Assembly (NCBI GenBank): GCA_965215195.1
Contig: CBDCDC010000002.1
Coordinates: 1,568,001 to 1,632,000 of the forward strand
Length of the DNA: 64,000 nt
Direction: 5' to 3'
Origin: Candidatus Latescibacterota bacterium
GTDB taxonomy: Bacteria > Latescibacterota > UBA2968 > UBA8231
The position numbers were made by a program, and so were the translations under genes. Positions 57,088-64,000 of the stretch are shown here, piece by piece (position 1 is the first letter of the stretch; every line of letters begins with the position of its first letter). Below the pieces are notes generated by a model. It was not told the DNA's origin. It searched no databases and saw only the letters and a list, made by a program, of their open reading frames with translations.

Positions 57088-58208
57088 GCAGCAAAATTCT
57101 CTGCATCCTCCCCACCATGACCGACACCCGAATCGCCCGTCGCATCGACATGCTCAACCGCGGCGGATTTGCCGTTGAGGCGGTCGCCTTTGCGCGACAC
57201 CAGCTTGCGGGGCGTCGGCCGGACTGCCCGGTCCAGCGGTTGGGGCGAATTCCGCATCGGAGATATGTTGCCCGCATAGGCAAGCTCCTCGCTGCGGCGC
57301 ACAAGGTGCGGCGAGCGATTCGCCGCAACGAAATCGTTTATGCTTTCAACTCCGACCTCGCTTTCCTCGCGACTATTTCCAGCATGGGATTAAACCGTCC
57401 CCTCGTGTTAGAGGTCGCAGACATTAAGGACGTGCAAGTGGCCGGCGGCTGGAGCGGCCGGGCGGTGCGGGCCCTAGAGAAACTAGCGGTGGACCGCTGT
57501 AGTTTGCTGGTGCTTACAACCGGCGGTTATCGTTCCTACTACCAGCGCTGGTTGGGTGCAAAAACGCCCAGCCTAGTTATCGAAAACAAGCTGGACCCAG
57601 CGTTCGCCAAGTCAATACCCGGGCTGGACCCGCCCCCGCCAACGGACCGACGCCTGCGGATTGGCTGGTTTGGCAGGCTGAGAGATGAGTGGACGATGCG
57701 GGTTATAGAGGAGTTGATTAGGCTGGCGCCGCACAAGTTCACCGCCGTTCTGGCCGGCACACCCTCTCCGTTTTTGGCGGATTTTTCAGCCAGAGTTGGC
57801 AACAGTCCCAACGTCGACTATCGAGGCGGGTACAGCTATCCAGCAGACCTGCCTGCTCTGTACAACAGCGTCGACTTGGTGATGGCTTGTTATCCGCCCG
57901 AGATTCCGCATGGATGGTCCCAGTCGAACAGGTACTACGAAGCCTGCCTATTCCGCAAGCCACTTATCGTGCGCGCCGGCTGTTCGGACGCCGACGGGGT
58001 GCGAAGGCACGACATTGGCATGGTCATTGACGCGGTTGCCATTGAGGAGGCCGCCGCCGCCATCAGCGAAGTGCCACCGCAGGATTGGATACGGTGGCGC
58101 GACAACGCCGCTGCGTTGCCGCCGCACGTCTATCTGTCCATCAACGAGGCCAATATCTTGGCGAAGGCCCTCCACGAGGTTGGGAACGGGGCGTCGCAGT
58201 GCTTGTAG
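57084..58208 (+). CDS. GT-B glycosyltransferase, ExoL-like
   Basis: DTRIARRIDML, ENKL, IGWFGRLR, YPADLPALY, SNRYYEA; ATGA overlap with the flippase. Confidence 0.72.
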   Translation: MSSKILCILPTMTDTRIARRIDMLNRGGFAVEAVAFARHQLAGRRPDCPVQRLGRIPHRRYVARIGKLLAAAHKVRRAIRRNEIVYAFNSDLAFLATISSMGLNRPLVLEVADIKDVQVAGGWSGRAVRALEKLAVDRCSLLVLTTGGYRSYYQRWLGAKTPSLVIENKLDPAFAKSIPGLDPPPPTDRRLRIGWFGRLRDEWTMRVIEELIRLAPHKFTAVLAGTPSPFLADFSARVGNSPNVDYRGGYSYPADLPALYNSVDLVMACYPPEIPHGWSQSNRYYEACLFRKPLIVRAGCSDADGVRRHDIGMVIDAVAIEEAAAAISEVPPQDWIRWRDNAAALPPHVYLSINEANILAKALHEVGNGASQCL

Positions 58209-58217
58209 GGGCGGCCC

Positions 58218-59573
58218 TTACCTCTGGCCCAAGAAAAAGGGCACGGACCACTCCCGGCAGCCGCGTTCCTTCGCATAGACGCCAATTAGCACCCCGGCAG
58301 CCGCCCACCAGATGGCAGCGTACTGAAAAGACCCGATGAGGACATTGGGTTCAAACAGCGAAGCGATGAGGCCAGACAGTACAATGAGGGTCAACACAAC
58401 GGTCTTGGCCCTATGCTCCTCGGCGTCCGGCTTGGCAGTAAGCAGCCGAAAGGCAAAGACGAGGATGAAGCCAATCATAATCACAAACCACAGCGGCGCG
58501 AGGATTCCACTGTAAACCGCCCACTTAATCCAAAGGTTGTGAATCTCGATTTGCGGCTTCCAGCGTCCCGCAACCAATACCTGCTTTATTCCATGCCCGA
58601 GAAAGGGCCGCTCGGCAATCCGCTTGAGGCCGGTCCGGTAAATGCTAAGTCGGTTGGTGCTAGCCGAGTCCAGCTTGGTAATGATCCGGGTTGTGGCGGC
58701 TGGCGGGAGGGGCGCAACCTCCGTCGTCGGTTGCGCCGCCGGAAGTAGCAGCCGGTCTAGTCCCAGATGCTCGGAGCATGATTTGTCAAAAGCGGCCATC
58801 CCGATCAACGCGATCCCTGCGGCAAGGCTTGAGAGGGCAAACCATCTCGATGCTCTCAGGAAAGCCAATGCGATGAGCGAAACCGCCGCTGCCAAGAAGC
58901 CGGTGCGTCCGCCGGTCGCGAACAGGGTTCCCAGCAGGATGCCTGCCGACGCGATATTAATCAGGGTCGCACAACGCCCTCGCACCATTCCCATCAGGAG
59001 GACTACGACGGGCAGGAAGAGGGCCAAGCTGATGGACCATTGCGTTTCGCCCGATCCGAACCCTTTGTTGTACTCCCAAAATAGGTCACAGGGGCCAGGA
59101 TTATCCGGTATCCTGACGAGCATAGTCACCAGCGGAACGGCGGCCAAGGCCGTGATGACCACCAAGGCGCGGACGAAGATGACGGTGACGTTTTCTCCCT
59201 GGCGCGCCAGCCAGAAAAAACACCACATAAACCCCGCGGCGTACCCGATGTCCATGACGAACATGAGGCTTAGGGACAACTCTCGGGCTTGGACCAGCCC
59301 CGGGGCCGAAAGGAGGATAAGAGCCAAAAACCCCGCCGGCCCCAGCGCCCCCGCCGGCAGCCGCAGCCGGCCCGACCACAGCGGGGGAACTAACACAACC
59401 GCTACCCCCGCTACCGCCAGCGCGCCCTTGAACAGGCGCAGATACTCGTCGCCAAGGCCCGGTAGGTGATAGACCGGAGCCAAGCCCAGATAAAGGCTGA
59501 GCAGCCAAGTGTACCGATGGCGGTTCGCGAACGTATCTAAAACCCATGTGCCAGTCTCTACGATGACTTTCAT
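58218..59573 (-). CDS. O-antigen ligase/Wzy_C-like protein
   Basis: TGGRTG, ERPFLGHG, EIHNLWIKW. Confidence 0.8.
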   Translation of the reverse strand: MKVIVETGTWVLDTFANRHRYTWLLSLYLGLAPVYHLPGLGDEYLRLFKGALAVAGVAVVLVPPLWSGRLRLPAGALGPAGFLALILLSAPGLVQARELSLSLMFVMDIGYAAGFMWCFFWLARQGENVTVIFVRALVVITALAAVPLVTMLVRIPDNPGPCDLFWEYNKGFGSGETQWSISLALFLPVVVLLMGMVRGRCATLINIASAGILLGTLFATGGRTGFLAAAVSLIALAFLRASRWFALSSLAAGIALIGMAAFDKSCSEHLGLDRLLLPAAQPTTEVAPLPPAATTRIITKLDSASTNRLSIYRTGLKRIAERPFLGHGIKQVLVAGRWKPQIEIHNLWIKWAVYSGILAPLWFVIMIGFILVFAFRLLTAKPDAEEHRAKTVVLTLIVLSGLIASLFEPNVLIGSFQYAAIWWAAAGVLIGVYAKERGCREWSVPFFLGQR

Positions 59574-61042
59574 GGCCTAAAGCCGACAGCCCGGCTCAAT
59601 CTCTGCCAAGCCCTCCCCCCGCGTCGGAACGGCACGGACCACTCCCGGCAGCCGCGCTCCTTCGCATAGACGCCAACCAAGGTGCCGGTGGCCGCCCACC
59701 AAATGGCAGTGTACGGAAAAGCCCCGATGAGGGCATTGGGTTCCGCCATCGCAGCCATGAGGCCCGATACCACGATTAGTCCCAACGCGACAGCAACAAT
59801 CCGGTCTTCCGGGGCGGCGGCGCGGTTCGCAATCAGCCGAACCGCGATGCGTAGGATGAGTCCCACCATAATCGCAAACCAGAGCGGCGCGAGGATTCCA
59901 CTGTATGCCGCCCACTTGAGCCAAAGGTTGTGAATCTCGACTTCAGACTTATGCCTTCCCGCAACCAACACTTGCTTTAACCCATGTCCGTGCAAGGGCC
60001 GCTCGGCAATCCGTCTGAGGCCGGCTTTGTACCCGCTAATCCGGGTGGTACTGATAGAATCTATCTTGGCGCTGAACAAGACTTCATCCGCTGGAGTTGG
60101 CGACAACAGCCGGTCTAGTCCCAGATGTATGGGCGTCTTGGGCTGCACCCGTACAAGTGTCTCGCCAGTTGGCGACAACAGCCGGTCCAGTCCCAGATGT
60201 ATGGAGCATTTTCGGTCAAAGGAGGCCATCCCAACCACCACTATCCCTCCGGCAAGAACTGAGAGGGCCAACCGTCTCGATGTTCTCAGGAGAACTAATA
60301 AAATTAACGAAACCGCCGCTGCCAGTAAGCCGGTGCGTCCGCCGGCCACCAACTGGTTTCCAAGAAGGATGCCTGTCACCGCAACGCCAATCATAGTCGT
60401 ATAATGCCCTCGTCTCCAATGCGTCGCCGCGCCCATCAGGACGACGACGACGGGCAGGAAGAGGCTTAGGCTGATTGACCATTCCGATGGGATCAATCCG
60501 AACCCTGCGCTGTACTCCGGCCGCCACAACTGGCCACAGGGGTCAGTCCAATCCGGTATCTTGACGAGCGCAAGCACCAAGGCAACTGCGGATAGGGCCA
60601 TGATTATCACTAGGGCGCGGACGAAGATGACGGAGGCGTTTTCTCCCTGACGCGCCAGATAGTAGAAGCACCACATAAACCCCGCGGCGTACCCGATGTC
60701 CATGACGAACCGGACGACGAGGGCCATCTCTCGGGCTTGGACCAGCCCCGGGGCCGAAAGGAGGATAAGAGCCAAAAACCCCGCCGGCCCCAGCACCCCC
60801 GCCGGCAGCCGCAGCCGGCCCGACCACAGCGGCGGAACCAACACAACCGCTACCCCCGCTACCGCCAGCGCACCCTTGAACAGGCGCAGATACTCGTCGC
60901 CAAGGCCCGGTAGGTGATAGACCGGAGCCAACCCCAGATAAAAGCTGACCAGCCAAGTGTGCCGATGGCGGTTCGCGAACAACGAGAGGGGAGAGCACTT
61001 GGTAGAGCCTGTTTCAGGCGATTTTCTGTTTGTGTCCGGCAA
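59570..61042 (-). CDS. O-antigen ligase/Wzy_C-like protein (tandem paralog)
   Basis: AGGRTG, ERPLHGHG, EIHNLWLKW; N-terminal part almost identical to 58218; start uncertain. Confidence 0.8.
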   Translation of the reverse strand: MPDTNRKSPETGSTKCSPLSLFANRHRHTWLVSFYLGLAPVYHLPGLGDEYLRLFKGALAVAGVAVVLVPPLWSGRLRLPAGVLGPAGFLALILLSAPGLVQAREMALVVRFVMDIGYAAGFMWCFYYLARQGENASVIFVRALVIIMALSAVALVLALVKIPDWTDPCGQLWRPEYSAGFGLIPSEWSISLSLFLPVVVVLMGAATHWRRGHYTTMIGVAVTGILLGNQLVAGGRTGLLAAAVSLILLVLLRTSRRLALSVLAGGIVVVGMASFDRKCSIHLGLDRLLSPTGETLVRVQPKTPIHLGLDRLLSPTPADEVLFSAKIDSISTTRISGYKAGLRRIAERPLHGHGLKQVLVAGRHKSEVEIHNLWLKWAAYSGILAPLWFAIMVGLILRIAVRLIANRAAAPEDRIVAVALGLIVVSGLMAAMAEPNALIGAFPYTAIWWAATGTLVGVYAKERGCREWSVPFRRGGRAWQRLSRAVGFRP

Positions 61043-61463
61043 CTATCTTCAATCGCTTGGAACTGCACTGTGAGAATATGTTGTACATTTCGTACATTAA
61101 GACGGGTGCTACGTCAAGGGGCTTGCTCCATGACTCGCTATCTCCTATTATATGGGTCATCGTGGAACGCACATCTTTTTGGTGACCAACCGCATCCTTA
61201 GACACCCCCACTCAGCGCACCGTCGGATTGGCTTGGCCGCATTGGCCGTAGGCCCTGCATGGGCGTTGGGACAACGCAAATTCTTCAACGCTAGTAGCAC
61301 TAGTCTTAACCACTCTGAGATAATCTCACGTTAGGACGATTTAGATATTGCGGTATGAATCAATAATTTTTATAATTGTCAACAATCTCAATTCATTTGG
61401 TGCGACGACCGCGCCAGGCTTATCGGCTCTTATTGATAGGGCCTTTTCTAAAGGAGATGAGTA

Positions 61464-64000
61464 ATGATACACGTGAAGTCGTTCGTGAGGCACTGGGCTT
61501 GTGGCTCTTGGTTGCTAGCCGCTGGTTTGGTGTTGGGGTGGGCCGGTGAGGTGGCGGCGAAGATTACCCTATCGGTGGACAAACCTAGGGTGCGCGAGGA
61601 GGCTGGTGCGACCACGATCACGGTGACAGCCACAATAGACCCTAAGGATGCGAATAACGATACTTATGTGGTCTTGCGTCTCGAATCGACTGATGATGTC
61701 GGGATGGCTACTACTGATTGGGAAACGCGCACAGATGATTGGAAAGACTGGTACGATAGTCGCGCCCAGCTCAATGAGCGCTTCACCATAACGCTGCCGA
61801 CTATCGTGATTCCTAAGAACACGGATAAGGGGACGGCGACGCTCATCCTCACCCCTAAGAACAATGGTGACCGCGGTTTCCATAATACTTATGATGAGTT
61901 CACCATTCCTAAAGCGGTCAAGGAGGCTTATGCTTCAGGGGGGGATGACGAAGGGAGGAATAGCAAGGGCTTCCACTTAGACCCCTACCCCGATCTTCTG
62001 GTCCGAATCGGGGGCACTGTCGGTGGAAATACCGTCGAGGGGACGGAGATTGACGTCATTGACGACGAAAGGTTAAGCGGTGTGTTGGACCTTTCGTTTG
62101 ATCCGCCCTCTCTAAGCAAGGAGGCGGGTCCGACCTCTGTCACTGTGACAGCAACCTTGCATGGACACACTATAGGCACGGACGAGACTTTTAACTTGGT
62201 TGTAGCCAATCCCGCTGAATTTAGCGAAGGAGATCTCGACGATGCTGGGCTTGATGAAAAGACTCCCGCAGACATATTGAAGCGCGATTCGGAATACTCA
62301 ACGCAGGGGACCACTCTAACCCTTCGCAAGAGGCAGGTGACGGCAACGGCGACGGTTACTATCGATCCCAAAGGCAAACCTGGCTTTATCGCGTTTCAGG
62401 GGGCTGCGCCGCCTGAACCCAAAGGCATTGACCTCAACCGCGATGGTGATAACAATGACGAGATTGCTCTTCATGTGGCAGGGTCTGGCAAAGTTAAGCT
62501 CACTGAAGCAGGCCTAGGCTGCGACGCCGAAGAGGACACCCCCGAACACGACGTCAACTTTGATGGCGATTGCCTTGACGTTATTAGGGAGGCGAGAGCC
62601 GGCATTGACCTAAACGGTGATGGGACTATTGACCCACCTTCGTCAGCGAAGTATGAGCTATGGCCGACTGAAGAAGCGGCGCGGGAAGCCTTGGATTTGG
62701 TGTTGGAGGACGGGGAGACAGCGGAGGATAAGCCGTTGGTTCTCGATGAAGGCGAGTTGAAATACAAGGTTACAATTAATCCCTTTTTCTTCGAGATAAA
62801 GGACACCCCTCTTGCTGCTGTTAAAGACGACGGGCTGACCGCTTCTCCTGCGTCGATCCGCGAGGAGGCGGGGCGACAGGAAATCACCCTGAAAGTTACC
62901 TTGAAGGCTGCTCTCTTGGATGATGCGGGCGTGTCGTTCACGATTGAGGCGGGCACCGGGACGCGCGATGTACATTACACGGTGTCCGTGGCTGATCTCA
63001 CCATTCCGGCCGGCGCGACCGAGGGGACGACGACGCTCACCCTCACCCCCACGAACAACTCGGCGGCGGACGGTGAGAAGAGTTTCACGGTGGTCGCCGA
63101 AGTCGGACCTGACAAGACTCAGGCGAGAGCACTGATCACTATTGTCGATGACGAGACCCTGACCGAAGAAATAATGCTGGCGGTCAGTCCCGGTGAGATC
63201 AAGGCAGGCACGGGTGAAAATATCGTTACGGTGACCGGCACCTTAGACGGCCAAGTCTTCGACGAGGACGTGAGGGTGGACTTGATCGTTACTCGGGATA
63301 CGGATGCCAATGGCGCAGTGAATGATGATGATAAAGCGGCGCAGCGCGATACCGACTACACGGCTGTCCTGCGTCCGTTGACGATTCCGGCCGGGGAGGT
63401 CGAAGGCTCGACGACGGTCTCCATTACCCCCATCAACGGCGGGGATAAGAAGGTTGGCCTGACGGCGCTGGAAAGTCCCGTCAGAAATGCCGATGACGAA
63501 GCCGTCAAGGTCAGCACGGAGTCGGTGGTGCTGAAAGATGCGGATCCGGACGCTGAGGTGCCGGACCCGAGTGCCCTTAGTTTCGGCGACATTGACCTGT
63601 CGTCCACCCTCTTTGAGGGCACGGTGGGCACGGCGCTTGATCCTATCGAACTGCCGGAAGCTGAGGGCGGCACGGGATCCCTGAGCTACACGGTGTCGTC
63701 CAACCTGCCGGCGGGTCTGTCGTTTGACGCGGCCACGCGGACGATTTCGGGTACGCCGACAGCGACGACGACCGGCACAGCTTCGCTCATCTACACAGTC
63801 CTCGACAGCGACCCAGCGGGTGCCAATAGCGCGGCCATGATCGTCACCATTGAGATCGGCACCGCGCTGCCGCCGACGGTAGAGGTTGCGAGGGTGGCCT
63901 CGACGCATTCATCGGTGCGCGAGAACGGGGAGCCGACGATCATCACCCTGACGGCGACCTTGGCGTCCGCCTCGGCCACAGACGAGACCGTTAGCTTCAC
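61464..64000 (+). CDS. Large secreted Calx-beta/He_PIG Ig-repeat adhesin-like protein (3' end outside window)
   Basis: RBS AAGGAG; MIHVKSFVRHW...WAGEVAA|KITLSVD; repeated ITVTAT, ITIVDDE, DLNxDGD, LPAGLSFDAATRTISGTP; absent from the ORF track, consistent with no in-window stop. Confidence 0.82.
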   Translation, partial: MIHVKSFVRHWACGSWLLAAGLVLGWAGEVAAKITLSVDKPRVREEAGATTITVTATIDPKDANNDTYVVLRLESTDDVGMATTDWETRTDDWKDWYDSRAQLNERFTITLPTIVIPKNTDKGTATLILTPKNNGDRGFHNTYDEFTIPKAVKEAYASGGDDEGRNSKGFHLDPYPDLLVRIGGTVGGNTVEGTEIDVIDDERLSGVLDLSFDPPSLSKEAGPTSVTVTATLHGHTIGTDETFNLVVANPAEFSEGDLDDAGLDEKTPADILKRDSEYSTQGTTLTLRKRQVTATATVTIDPKGKPGFIAFQGAAPPEPKGIDLNRDGDNNDEIALHVAGSGKVKLTEAGLGCDAEEDTPEHDVNFDGDCLDVIREARAGIDLNGDGTIDPPSSAKYELWPTEEAAREALDLVLEDGETAEDKPLVLDEGELKYKVTINPFFFEIKDTPLAAVKDDGLTASPASIREEAGRQEITLKVTLKAALLDDAGVSFTIEAGTGTRDVHYTVSVADLTIPAGATEGTTTLTLTPTNNSAADGEKSFTVVAEVGPDKTQARALITIVDDETLTEEIMLAVSPGEIKAGTGENIVTVTGTLDGQVFDEDVRVDLIVTRDTDANGAVNDDDKAAQRDTDYTAVLRPLTIPAGEVEGSTTVSITPINGGDKKVGLTALESPVRNADDEAVKVSTESVVLKDADPDAEVPDPSALSFGDIDLSSTLFEGTVGTALDPIELPEAEGGTGSLSYTVSSNLPAGLSFDAATRTISGTPTATTTGTASLIYTVLDSDPAGANSAAMIVTIEIGTALPPTVEVARVASTHSSVRENGEPTIITLTATLASASATDETVSF

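Overview
GC-rich bacterial window. The gene families (FlgD/CHU_C-tailed secreted proteins, DUF6785-like membrane proteins, CRTAC1 lipoproteins, kelch, Calx-beta/Ig adhesin, AAA-PD-(D/E)XK paralogs) suggest a host-associated FCB-group organism such as a sponge Latescibacterota; this is inference only. (1) 1-22 kb: an envelope locus with three related secreted proteins ending in a TPNGDGxND/FlgD-Ig tail, two coupled ~900-aa paralogs of unknown family, an OPT-like/DUF6785 membrane protein, two CRTAC1 lipoproteins and a PPIase lipoprotein. (2) 22-28 kb: a two-repeat hypothetical protein, a Cys-tailed aquaporin, toxin-antitoxin genes, a truncated tnpB and a GT-C/TPR protein. (3) 28-61 kb: a large surface-polysaccharide region (Wzx x2, GT2/GT4, a GME-like epimerase, a sulfotransferase, five Wzy/ligase-like and two GT-C-like proteins with swapped or inserted extracellular domains), interleaved with AAA-nuclease paralogs and deletion-riddled pseudogenes. 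(4) 61.5 kb to the end: a large adhesin. Non-coding highlights: a transposase-less cassette family (13-bp TIR CTGACGTTACGCA, 7-bp TTnnnAA-type target duplication) carrying a small coiled-coil membrane gene, a second MITE family (CTTAGTACACG ends), and a solitary type I-C-like CRISPR repeat beside a brnTA module whose toxin has been deleted in frame. No rRNA, tRNA, cas gene or CRISPR array was recognised.
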